Assembly (NCBI GenBank): GCA_036519715.1
Contig: DATDKW010000040.1
Location: forward strand, 1-55,693
Length of the DNA stretch: 55,693 nucleotides
Origin: Mycobacteriales bacterium
GTDB taxonomy: Bacteria > Actinomycetota > Actinomycetes > Mycobacteriales > CADCTP01
Direction of reading: 5' to 3'
How positions within the stretch are numbered: position 1 is the stretch's first letter; the number at the start of each line of letters is the position of its first letter. The notes beneath the pieces were generated by a model, which did no database searches, was not told where the DNA came from, and saw nothing but the letters and a program-made list of their open reading frames with translations. Position numbers and translations under genes: made by a program. Shown piece after piece: positions 29,072 through 37,001 of the stretch.

Positions 29072-29563
29072 ATGATGTCCGAGCTGCTGGACGGGACGGT
29101 GGTCGTGAGCCCGTCGCCGGGATTCGGCCACGCCGACGCGGTGCTGACGCTGGCCGGGGCGCTGCGGGCGGCGGCGCCGCCGGGGCTGCGGGTGCTGGCG
29201 GCGCCGTTCCCGGTGCGGTTGGGGCGGCAGACCGAGCTGCGGCCCGACCTGCTCGTCGCGCGCTACGCCGACCTGGTCCGGGACGAGCTCACCACGGCGC
29301 CGCTGCTCGCCGTCGAGGTCCGGTCGCCGGACAGTGACCTGGTCGACCGCAGCCTCAAGCGCTCGGTCTACGCACGGCACGGGGTCGCCGGCTACTGGCT
29401 GGTCGACCCGGAGACGCCGGCGCTGACCGCGCTGGAGCTGGACGGGGACGGCGACTACCGGACCGTCGCCGACGTGGTCGGGGCGGAGGTGTTCGCCGCG
29501 AGCCGGCCGTTCCCGGTCCGGGTGAGCCCGCTGGCCCTCGTCGCCGGGCTGCGGCCGTGCTGA
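29072..29563 (+). CDS. Uma2 family (DUF820) endonuclease-like protein
   Basis: RPDLLVA...APLLAVEVRSPDSDLVDRSLKRSVYARHGVAGYWLVDP matches the PD-(D/E)xK Uma2 pattern. ATG 29072 is preceded by GGAGGAGGAG. Confidence 0.8.
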   Translation: MMSELLDGTVVVSPSPGFGHADAVLTLAGALRAAAPPGLRVLAAPFPVRLGRQTELRPDLLVARYADLVRDELTTAPLLAVEVRSPDSDLVDRSLKRSVYARHGVAGYWLVDPETPALTALELDGDGDYRTVADVVGAEVFAASRPFPVRVSPLALVAGLRPC

Positions 29564-29593
29564 ACGCGGTCCGGCGGTGGCACGATCGACGGC

Positions 29594-30229
29594 GTGCTCG
29601 TGCATCCGTGGGACGCCCCGCTCAACGACGACGAATGGCGCAGCTTCGTGCTGCGGCACGACTTCGGGCAGCTCATTGCGCCTGGCGACGGCCGCGACCT
29701 GCCGATCGTGGTGCCGACCCACTTCCTGTACGACGGGGCCACCACGATCCGGCTGCACCTGGCCAAGCCCAACCCGGTGTGGGCGGCGCTGCGGGAGCGG
29801 CCGCGGGCGCTGCTGACCGTCGTCGACGACTACACGTACGTGCCCTCGGACTGGCAGGCGGCGCCGGGCACCCCGCGGGAGCTGGGCATCCCGACGTCCT
29901 ACTACGCGACCGTGCAACTGTCCTGCGACGTCCAGGTGCTCGACGACCCGGCGGCGACGACGGAGGTCCTGCGGGCCCAGCTGGCGCACTTCGAGCCGGC
30001 CGGTGGCTACCTGGAGCCGGACGCGGCGCACGAGCATTATCGCCGGCGGCTGCCGGGCATCCGCGGGCTGGTGCTGACGGTGACCGGGGTGCGGGCCAAG
30101 TTCAAGTACGGCGGCAACAAGGAGCCGGAGCACCGCCGGTTGCTGGCCGAGCACCTGGCCGAGCGGGGCGGTCCGGCGGACGCGGCCGCCCGGGACCACC
30201 TGCTGCGGCGGCTCGACGCCGGGAGCTGA
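29594..30229 (+). CDS. FMN-binding negative transcriptional regulator (PaiB family)
   Basis: FGQLIA...VPTHFLYDG...LHLAKPNPVW and the C-terminal KFKYGGNK block are typical of PaiB-like proteins. Confidence 0.78.
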   Translation: MLVHPWDAPLNDDEWRSFVLRHDFGQLIAPGDGRDLPIVVPTHFLYDGATTIRLHLAKPNPVWAALRERPRALLTVVDDYTYVPSDWQAAPGTPRELGIPTSYYATVQLSCDVQVLDDPAATTEVLRAQLAHFEPAGGYLEPDAAHEHYRRRLPGIRGLVLTVTGVRAKFKYGGNKEPEHRRLLAEHLAERGGPADAAARDHLLRRLDAGS

Positions 30230-30234
30230 TCCGC

Positions 30235-31200
30235 TCAGACGGTGAGCACGATCTTGCCCGCGGTGTCGCCGGCCACGATCTTGGCGAACCCGTCCGCGGC
30301 CCGATCCAGCGGCAGCGTGGTGTCGATGGCCGGGCGGACGCCGGTGGTGACCAGCATCGCCAGCAGCGACTCCAGCTCCGACCGGGTGCCCATGGTCGAG
30401 CCGACGACGTTGAGCTGCAGGAAGAAGACCCGGTTGAGGTCGGCGGCCGGGTTGGGGCCGCTGGTGGCGCCGCAGACGACGATGGTCCCGCCGGGGGCGA
30501 GCGACTTCAGCGAGTGCGACCAGGTGGCCTCGCCGACGGACTCCATGACCGCGTCGACCCGCTTCGGCAGCCGGGCGCCCGGCTCGAACACCGCGTCCGC
30601 GCCCAGCGCGAGCGCGGCCTGCCGCTTCTGCTCGGTCCGGCCAGTCACCCACATCCGGTAGCCGGCGGCCGAGCCCAGGGCGATCAGCGCGGTCGCCACC
30701 CCGCCGCTGGCCCCCTGCACCAGCACGGTCGAGCCGGGCCGGGCGCCGGACTTCACGAACAGCATCCGGTAGGCGGTGAGCCAGGCGGTGCTGAGGCAGG
30801 CCGCCTCCTCGAACGACAGCTCGGCCGGCTTGGGCAGCACGTTGCGGGCCGGGACGATGACCTGCTCGGCCAGGGTGCCCTGGTGCAGCTCGGACAGCAG
30901 GGTGCGCCGCGGGTCGAGGGTCTCGTCGCCCGACCAGTCCGGGCTTGGCACGACCGCGTGCACGATGACCTCGCGGCCGTCCGCGTCCACGCCGGCAGCG
31001 TCGCAGCCGAGGATCATCGGGAACCGGTCCGCGGGGATGCCGACGCCCCGCAGGGTGAACACGTCGTGGTGGTTGATCGACGCGGCCCGCACCGACACCG
31101 TGGTCCACCCGTCGGGCGCCTCCGGCTCGGGGCGCCGGCCGACCTCCAGGGCGGCGAGCGGGTCGGACGGGTTCGGCGCGGTGGCGAAGGCGGCGAGCAC
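30235..31200 (-). CDS. Zinc-type alcohol dehydrogenase / NADPH:quinone oxidoreductase family protein
   Basis: MDR fold: VRAASINHHDVF, Rossmann motif VLVQGASGGVATALI, C-terminal GKIVL. Confidence 0.88.
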   Translation of the reverse strand: MLAAFATAPNPSDPLAALEVGRRPEPEAPDGWTTVSVRAASINHHDVFTLRGVGIPADRFPMILGCDAAGVDADGREVIVHAVVPSPDWSGDETLDPRRTLLSELHQGTLAEQVIVPARNVLPKPAELSFEEAACLSTAWLTAYRMLFVKSGARPGSTVLVQGASGGVATALIALGSAAGYRMWVTGRTEQKRQAALALGADAVFEPGARLPKRVDAVMESVGEATWSHSLKSLAPGGTIVVCGATSGPNPAADLNRVFFLQLNVVGSTMGTRSELESLLAMLVTTGVRPAIDTTLPLDRAADGFAKIVAGDTAGKIVLTV

Positions 31201-31291
31201 GCGGTCACCCTATTGCGCGCAGGCGCTGCTGCGGTGTGCAGTGTGGCGAGGTCGGCGCGGAGCCGTGGTGCGGCCGCTCTAGGGTGGGCGG

Positions 31292-31831
31292 GTGCTTCGC
31301 ACACGGCGGCCGCTGCTCGCGTTGCTGCTGCTCGGGGTGCTGCTGGCTGGCGGTTACCTGATCTCGGCGATCCGGTCCGACGACCCGTCGTCGAACGGGT
31401 CCGCCGCGACGGCGGATCCGGATGCGACCGGGACGGCCCGGCCGACGCGGACCGAAGGCCCGACGGTCGGGCCGACCGTGACGGCCCGACCCGGTGGGAC
31501 GGCACAACCGACGTCACGGCCGGGCGCGACGGGGCGGCCGGGGGCGGACGGGCTGGACACGGTCCCGGTGGCCGCGCTGCCGCTGGAGGCGCAGCGGGTG
31601 CTGCGGCTGATCGACGCCGGCGGCCCGTTCCCGTACGCGCAGGACGGGACGGTGTTCGGCAACCTGGAGCGGCTGCTGCCGGCGCACCCGCGGGGCTGGT
31701 ATCGCGAGTACACGGTGCCGACGCCGGGCTCGCGGGACCGCGGGGCGCGGCGGATCATCGCCGGGCAGGACGGCGCGCGCTACTACACCGCCGACCACTA
31801 CGAGTCCTTCGCCCGGGTGGAGGGCACGTGA
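31292..31831 (+). CDS. Secreted or membrane-tethered guanyl-specific ribonuclease (RNase Sa/barnase family)
   Basis: N-terminal hydrophobic signal/anchor LLALLLLGVLLAGGYLI, a ~85-aa Pro/Thr/Gly-rich linker, then an RNase Sa-type core WYREYTVPTPGSRDRGARRII...YYTADHYESF. Confidence 0.85.
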   Translation: MLRTRRPLLALLLLGVLLAGGYLISAIRSDDPSSNGSAATADPDATGTARPTRTEGPTVGPTVTARPGGTAQPTSRPGATGRPGADGLDTVPVAALPLEAQRVLRLIDAGGPFPYAQDGTVFGNLERLLPAHPRGWYREYTVPTPGSRDRGARRIIAGQDGARYYTADHYESFARVEGT

Positions 31832-32190
31832 CGTCGCTGCGGCCCGGCGTGCGCGCGGTGCGGCGACCCGCCGCGGACGTGGCCGCGGACGCCGCGCGGC
31901 AGGGGGCGGTCGTGCACCGGATCGGGCCGGCCCCGACCAAGGCCGCGCTGCTGGCCGAGCTCGCCCGGGCGCTCCGGTTCCCGGACTGGGTCGGGCCCAA
32001 CTGGGACGCGCTCGCCGACGCCCTGCGCGACCTGTCCTGGTTACCCGCGGGCCCGCACGTCGTCGTCTGGACGGGCGCGTCGGCGACCGACCCGCAGGCG
32101 TACGAGACCGCGCTGGAGGTGTTCCAGCACGCGACCGCGACATCGGCGGGCACGGACCGGCCGCTGACGGTCCTGCTCGCCGGAGCCTAG
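31828..32190 (+). CDS. Barstar-family ribonuclease inhibitor
   Basis: GTG 31828 overlaps the RNase stop (GTGA). LLAELARALRFPDWVGPNWDALADALRDLSW is the typical barstar core. Confidence 0.8.
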   Translation: MTSLRPGVRAVRRPAADVAADAARQGAVVHRIGPAPTKAALLAELARALRFPDWVGPNWDALADALRDLSWLPAGPHVVVWTGASATDPQAYETALEVFQHATATSAGTDRPLTVLLAGA

Positions 32191-32948
32191 GGGGCGGGCG
32201 GCGCCCAGGACGGGCGGCGCTTCTCGGCGAAGGCGGCGATCCCCTCCCGGCCCTCGGGACCGCCGAAGCGGTCGGCCGAGAGCCGCTGGAGCGTGTCGTA
32301 GTCGGCCGGCGGCCCGGCCAGCAGCTCCTTGGTCGCGGCCAGCGCTCCGGGGGCGCCCAGGGCCAGCAGGCCGGCGTAGCGGGCCACCTCGGCGTCGAGA
32401 TCGTCGTCCTCGACCACCCGGGTGAGCAGGCCTATCGCGGCGGCCCGGGCGGCGTCGAAGACCTCGCCGGTGAGGAACAGTTCCTGGGCGGCCCGGTGGG
32501 GCAGCAGCGGCAGCACCGGCCGGGAGATCACCGCGGGCACCACGCCCAGGCGCACCTCGGTGAACGCGAATGTCGCCGACCGCGCCGCCAGCGCGAGGTC
32601 GCACGCCGCGATCAGGCCGATGCCGCCGGCCCGGGCCGGACCGCCGACCCGGGCGATCACCGGCTTCGGGAACTCGGCCAGTGCGGTCAGCACGGCCGGC
32701 ACCGAGGCGATCGGCATGTCGCCGGCGCCGGTCGCGGCCGCGGTCGCCTTGAGGTCGGCGCCGGAACAGAAGACCCGGCCGGTGTGCGAGAGCACGACCA
32801 CCCGGACCGCCTCGTCGGCGACCGCGGCGGCGAGGCCGGCGGAGAGCTCGCCCAGCAGGGCGGGGGACAGCGCGTTGCGGTTCGGGGGCGAGTCCAGGGT
32901 GAGGGTCGCCACCCCGTCCGACACGGAGAAATGCACCAGCTCGGTCAC
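32187..32948 (-). CDS. Enoyl-CoA hydratase/isomerase family protein
   Basis: Crotonase fold: VATLTLDSPPNRNALS, VVVLSHTGRVFCSGADLK, ARVGGPARAGGIGL. GTG 32948. Confidence 0.88.
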   Translation of the reverse strand: MTELVHFSVSDGVATLTLDSPPNRNALSPALLGELSAGLAAAVADEAVRVVVLSHTGRVFCSGADLKATAAATGAGDMPIASVPAVLTALAEFPKPVIARVGGPARAGGIGLIAACDLALAARSATFAFTEVRLGVVPAVISRPVLPLLPHRAAQELFLTGEVFDAARAAAIGLLTRVVEDDDLDAEVARYAGLLALGAPGALAATKELLAGPPADYDTLQRLSADRFGGPEGREGIAAFAEKRRPSWAPPAP

Positions 32949-32991
32949 GACGCCGACCTTAGGACGCCCCGGAGTGGAACACTGTCCCGCC

Positions 32992-34212
32992 GTGCCCTCC
33001 CGACTTCCGGACGGCGTCCCGGCCCCGGCCGACGGCGCTCTGCCCTTCGCTGCCCGGCGCGAGCTCGGCCGCAACCCGTTCGGGATCTATGTGCACGTCC
33101 CGTTCTGCACGACGCGCTGCGGCTACTGCGACTTCACCACGTACACGGCGCAGGAGCTGGGACCGGGGGTCTCCCAGGCCGCGTACGCGGACACCGCGAT
33201 GCTGGAGCTGCGGCTGGCCCGGCACGTGCTGGGGGACCGGGTGCCGGCCGTCGAGACGGTCTTCTTCGGCGGCGGCACGCCGACGCTGCTGCCGGCCGGC
33301 CACCTCGGCTCGATCCTGCGCGAGATCGACGACCTGTTCGGGCTGGCGCCGGGCGCGGAGGTGACGACCGAGGCCAACCCGGAGTCGGTCACGCCGGCCT
33401 ACCTGGCCCGGCTGCGGGAGGCCGGGTTCACCCGGATCTCGTTCGGGATGCAGTCGGCGGCCCAGCACGTCCTGCGGGTGCTGGACCGGCAGCACACGCC
33501 CGGCCGGGCGATCGAGGTCGTCGCGGAGGCGCGGCGGGCCGGGTTCACGCACGTCAACCTCGACCTGATCTACGGCACGCCGGGGGAGTCCGAGTCCGAC
33601 TGGCAGGCCTCGCTGGACGCCGCGGTGGGGGCGGGGCCCGACCACGTCTCGGCGTACGCGCTGGTGGTCGAGGAGGGGACGGCGATGGCGCGCAAGGTCC
33701 GCCGCGGCGAGCTGCCGGAACCCGACGACGACGTGCTCGCCGACCGGTACGTGCAGGCGGACGAGACCTTGTCGCGCAACGGCTTCGGCTGGTACGAGGT
33801 GTCGAACTGGGCCCGTGGCACGGCCGCCCGGTCCCGGCACAACCGGCTGTACTGGACCGGTGGCGACTGGTGGGGGGTCGGCCCAGGCGCGCACAGCCAC
33901 GTCGGCGGAGTGCGGTGGTGGAACGTGCGGCACCCGGCGGCGTACGCGGCCCGGTTGCACGCCGGGGACAGCCCGGCCGCCGGGCGGGAGCTGCTCGACC
34001 CGCCGGCCCGGCGGATGGAGACGACGATGCTCGGGCTGCGGCTGCGCGAGGGGCTGGCGGTGCGGGAGCTGACCGAGCGGGCCCGGGCGGCGGCCGGCGA
34101 GGCGGTCGGGTACGGCCTGCTCGACCCGCGCGCGCACAGCGACGGGCGGGCGGTGCTCACCCTGCGCGGCCGCCTCCTTGCCGACGCGGTCGCCCGCGAC
34201 CTCACCGACTGA
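32992..34212 (+). CDS. hemW: Radical SAM heme chaperone HemW (HemN-like, oxygen-independent coproporphyrinogen oxidase family)
   Basis: FGIYVHVPFCTTRCGYCDF carries the CxxxCxxC radical-SAM motif, followed by a HemN_C-like tail. GTG 32992. Confidence 0.92.
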   Translation: MPSRLPDGVPAPADGALPFAARRELGRNPFGIYVHVPFCTTRCGYCDFTTYTAQELGPGVSQAAYADTAMLELRLARHVLGDRVPAVETVFFGGGTPTLLPAGHLGSILREIDDLFGLAPGAEVTTEANPESVTPAYLARLREAGFTRISFGMQSAAQHVLRVLDRQHTPGRAIEVVAEARRAGFTHVNLDLIYGTPGESESDWQASLDAAVGAGPDHVSAYALVVEEGTAMARKVRRGELPEPDDDVLADRYVQADETLSRNGFGWYEVSNWARGTAARSRHNRLYWTGGDWWGVGPGAHSHVGGVRWWNVRHPAAYAARLHAGDSPAAGRELLDPPARRMETTMLGLRLREGLAVRELTERARAAAGEAVGYGLLDPRAHSDGRAVLTLRGRLLADAVARDLTD

Positions 34213-34290
34213 CCCACCGCCGGCGCGCGCCGGGCGCGCGCCGGTGTCCGTCAGGGCTGCGTGCGCGCTCGATCAGCACGGAGGGCGCAC

Positions 34291-34630
34291 GCGGTGTCCG
34301 GTAGAGACGTGCGCCGCCGCATCCGGTACGCGCGCGGTGCCCGGGAGTGGCCGCGCGCCGCCGCAGCCGGTGCGCCTGCGGTGCCCGGGAGTGGCCGCGC
34401 GCCGCCGCAGCTGCAGCGCGCGCGGTGCCCGGTGGAGGCCGCGCGCCGCCGCAGTCGTGCGTACGCGGTGCCCGGTAGCAACGCGCGCCGCAGCTGGTGC
34501 GCGCGGTGCCCGGTGAGGCCCCGCACCGCCGCAGTCGTACATACGCGGTGCCCGGTAGAGGCCCCGCACCGCAGCCGGTGGGCGCGCGGTGCCCGGTGGA
34601 GGCCGCGCGCCGCCGCACCCGGCGTGCAGG
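34291..34630. repeat. Intergenic tandem repeat array 3 (8 units, period 38-44 nt, hairpin-forming)
   Basis: GGTG(C/T)CCGG recurs at 34293, 34336, 34380, 34424, 34467, 34505, 34547 and 34588. The consensus is roughly GCGCGGTGCCCGGNGGAGGCCGCGCGCCGCCGCAGNCGTGCG. Many units can fold as GCGCGCGG, a 13-nt loop, CCGCGCGC. A degenerate unit lies at ~34230-34290. Confidence 0.9.
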
Positions 34631-34702
34631 AAGGCGCCACGGTGGTGGTCAGGGCCGGGCGAGAGTTCGGAGGCGTGGACGGTCCAGGGGCCGCCCGCCG
34701 CG

Positions 34703-35716
34703 CTACGGGGTGCTGGTGGGGGCGGGGGAGACGCCCTCGGGGTCCGGGACCGGGGCCGGGTCGGCCGGCGGGCTGCCGGCTGGCGGGTCGGCCGGGGCGT
34801 CCACCGGGGGCTGGTCGGCCGGCGGGTCCGTGGGGTCGTCCGCGGGCGGCGGGTCCGTCGGGTCGGTCGGCGGCGCCGGGTCCGTGGGGTTCTCGGTCGG
34901 CGGGGCCGGGTCCGTGGGGTTCTCGACCGGCGGGGCCGGGTCGGTCGGGTTCTCGACCGGCGGGGCCGGGTCGGTCGGGGCCTGGGTCGGCACCGGGTTG
35001 CCCGGCGCGGTCGTCCCGCCTCCGCTGACCGGTGTCGTCGGCGAGCCGCCGGTGCCGGCGCCGGAGGAGGTGCCGCCGCCGGAGGAGGTGCCGCCGCCGG
35101 AGGAGGTGCCCGTGCCCGCGCTGGATCCCGACGACCCGCCGGCCGCCGGCAGCCCGGGCACGTCGACGGACGCGGGATACCCAGCGACCCCCGGGATCCG
35201 GGCGTAGTGCGAGTATCCGGTGCCCGACGACGGACCGTAATCCGACGTCGAGGTCCGGTCCCGGGTACCGTCCGCTGACCCGGACGTGCCGCGCGGCGTG
35301 GCCGCCTTGTCCGCGGCCGGTGCCGGGTCGTCGTCCGACCCGGACGAGTGCTCGTTGAGGCCCGGCAGCACCGACAGCCGGTCCAGCTGCTGGGTCAGCG
35401 CCGGGGGCGCCCCGCCCAGCACCGCGGCCACGGCCAGCCCGGTCCCGGCGACGATGGCCGAGCCGGTGGCCCACATGCCGGCCAGCTGCCAGCGCGACGG
35501 CTCGTCGTCGACCCGGACGATCCGGCGGCCGAGCTCGGGGACGAACGCCACCAGCCGGCGGAACGGCTCGACCACCCGGCCGGCCAGCGTCGCCGGCCCG
35601 GGCAGGATCTCGACGTGCTCGAGCGGCGCGTCGTACTTGTCGTGGACCAGCGGGTCGTCGGAGGTCAGCATCTCCGGCCGGGTCCGAGGGGAGAACCACT
35701 CGCCTGTCTCGGGCAT
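34703..35716 (-). CDS. Single-pass membrane protein with a Gly/Ser- and Pro/Thr-rich repetitive ectodomain (hypothetical)
   Basis: ATG 35716 is preceded by GAGGAGG. TM WATGSAIVAGTGLAVAAVLGG. Repeats GGGTSS x3 and ENPTDPAPPV x3-4. Confidence 0.7.
   Translation of the reverse strand: MPETGEWFSPRTRPEMLTSDDPLVHDKYDAPLEHVEILPGPATLAGRVVEPFRRLVAFVPELGRRIVRVDDEPSRWQLAGMWATGSAIVAGTGLAVAAVLGGAPPALTQQLDRLSVLPGLNEHSSGSDDDPAPAADKAATPRGTSGSADGTRDRTSTSDYGPSSGTGYSHYARIPGVAGYPASVDVPGLPAAGGSSGSSAGTGTSSGGGTSSGGGTSSGAGTGGSPTTPVSGGGTTAPGNPVPTQAPTDPAPPVENPTDPAPPVENPTDPAPPTENPTDPAPPTDPTDPPPADDPTDPPADQPPVDAPADPPAGSPPADPAPVPDPEGVSPAPTSTP
34848..34990 (-). repeat. In-frame 30-nt coding tandem repeat (about 3.5-4.5 units)
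   Basis: Plus-strand units GGGTCCGTGGGGTTCTCGGTCGGCGGGGCC at 34878, 34908 and 34938 with degenerate flanks. A separate 18-nt x3 repeat lies at ~35062-35115. Confidence 0.85.
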
Positions 35717-35838
35717 CTAGACCTCCTCGCCGCACGACGACCCGCAGCATCGAGGGCGCAAGCGGACGCTAGCGGGCACATCGCCGTTCCGGGGCCGTTC
35801 CGGCCTCCGCGTCACCCGAACGGGTGATGTCAGGGTTG

Positions 35839-36411
35839 TCAGGGCAGCCCGATGGGCGGCGGCGGGGGGTCCGTCGTCGGTTCCACGGTCGGCGAGGGCG
35901 TCGTCGACGGGGTCGGCGACGGGCTGGCCGAGGACGGCGACGGCGTGATGACCGGCGGCCTGGTCACGGGCGGCACGGTGGCCGAGGCGCGGGTCGTGGG
36001 CGCACCCGAGGTCGGCGTGCCGGTCGGGGTCGGCGTCGCGATCGCCGTCGGCAGCGGCCGGCCGCGCCCGGTCGGGCCGGCGCCGGTCGGCGCGGGCGGC
36101 ACGAAGGTCACCGACGTCCCCGACGGTGACGGCGAGCCGGACAGCTGCGCGCCGAACTCCGTCGGCGCCGGCAGGCCCGGACCGGGCGGCGTGGGCTGCG
36201 CCGAGGACGGCCGCAGCGCCATCGCGGCGCTCACGAACGCCACCACGACCACCACCACACCGGCCACCGCACCGAGCTCGGCCAGCCGCCGTTTGCGGCC
36301 CGCCCCGGACGGCAGGAGCACATACCGGTCGCCGGACCCGCCGGCGCGTCCGCGCAGCGCACCCACGCGCTCCCGGACCCGCGTCAGCCCGTCCGCCACA
36401 CCGTCCTTCAT
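35839..36411 (-). CDS. Single-pass membrane protein with a Pro/Thr/Ser-rich ectodomain (hypothetical)
   Basis: ATG 36411 is preceded by GGGAGAGG. TM LAELGAVAGVVVVVVAFVSAAMAL, then a PT/S-rich tail ending DPPPPPIGLP. Confidence 0.65.
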   Translation of the reverse strand: MKDGVADGLTRVRERVGALRGRAGGSGDRYVLLPSGAGRKRRLAELGAVAGVVVVVVAFVSAAMALRPSSAQPTPPGPGLPAPTEFGAQLSGSPSPSGTSVTFVPPAPTGAGPTGRGRPLPTAIATPTPTGTPTSGAPTTRASATVPPVTRPPVITPSPSSASPSPTPSTTPSPTVEPTTDPPPPPIGLP

Positions 36412-36515
36412 GCGCCTCTCCCACCCCGTACGACTGCCTGGTCCGGACACTCCGGACAGACCGGCAAGGGGATATCACGCCCTACCGACTCCGCCGCGAC
36501 CGTGGCATGACGGCA

Positions 36516-36851
36516 TCAGCCGCCGGAGGTTGCCCCGAGCGCGTCGGCCGACTCCGACTCGTCCAGGCTCAGCACCCGGACGTGCAGGCTGTTGCGCTGC
36601 TGCAGCGCCGCCCGGAGGGCCCGGTGCAGGCCGTCCTCGAGGTAGAGATCACCCTCCCACTGCACGGCGTGCGGGAAGAGGTCGCCGTAGAACGTCGAGT
36701 CCTCGTCCAGCAGCCGGTCGAGCTCCAGCTCCCGCTTGGTGGTGATCAGCTCGTCCAGCCGGACCTGCCGCGGGGGCAGCTTCGCCCAGTCGCGGGTCGA
36801 CAGCCCATGCTCCGGATACGGCCGGCCGTCGCGAACCGCCTTGAAGATCAC
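36516..36851 (-). CDS. Small conserved protein with a ParB/sulfiredoxin-like motif (hypothetical)
   Basis: (M)IFKAVRDGRPYPEHGLS...VRLDELITTKRELELDRLL...HAVQWEGDLYLEDGLHRALRAAL. The DGxHR-type motif resembles the ParB N-terminal domain. GTG 36851 is preceded by GGGAG. Confidence 0.65.
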   Translation of the reverse strand: MIFKAVRDGRPYPEHGLSTRDWAKLPPRQVRLDELITTKRELELDRLLDEDSTFYGDLFPHAVQWEGDLYLEDGLHRALRAALQQRNSLHVRVLSLDESESADALGATSGG

Positions 36852-36965
36852 GTCGCTCCCTAGTCCCTCTCGGCCCCCCTGGCCGGGGGAGAGCCTATCC
36901 GGCTGGCCGGACCGCGGGTCACGGGCGGGACACGATCGGTGCCGACCGGCCGCCGCGCCGGTAAG

Positions 36966-36992
36966 CTGGCACTTCAGGAACTTGAGTGCCAG
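36966..36992. promoter_or_regulatory. CIRCE operator (HrcA binding site) upstream of hrcA
   Basis: CTGGCACTT-CAGGAACTT-GAGTGCCAG has 9-N9-9 architecture and matches the GCACTC-N9-GAGTGC core with one arm mismatch. It abuts the hrcA RBS AGGAGG, and a TAAGCT -10-like hexamer overlaps the left arm. Confidence 0.85.
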
Positions 36993-37001
36993 GAGGTGGC
37001 G

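Noticed and set aside
32187-32190. Convergent genes sharing a CTAG so that both stop codons overlap. This occurs at 32187-32190, at 53692-53695, and at 47145-47148 with the candidate small ORF.
   Set aside because: CTAG reads TAG on both strands, so tail-to-tail overlap by 2-4 nt is a simple compaction outcome. I see no additional conserved context suggesting a functional element. I use it only as weak supporting context for the 47145 ORF.
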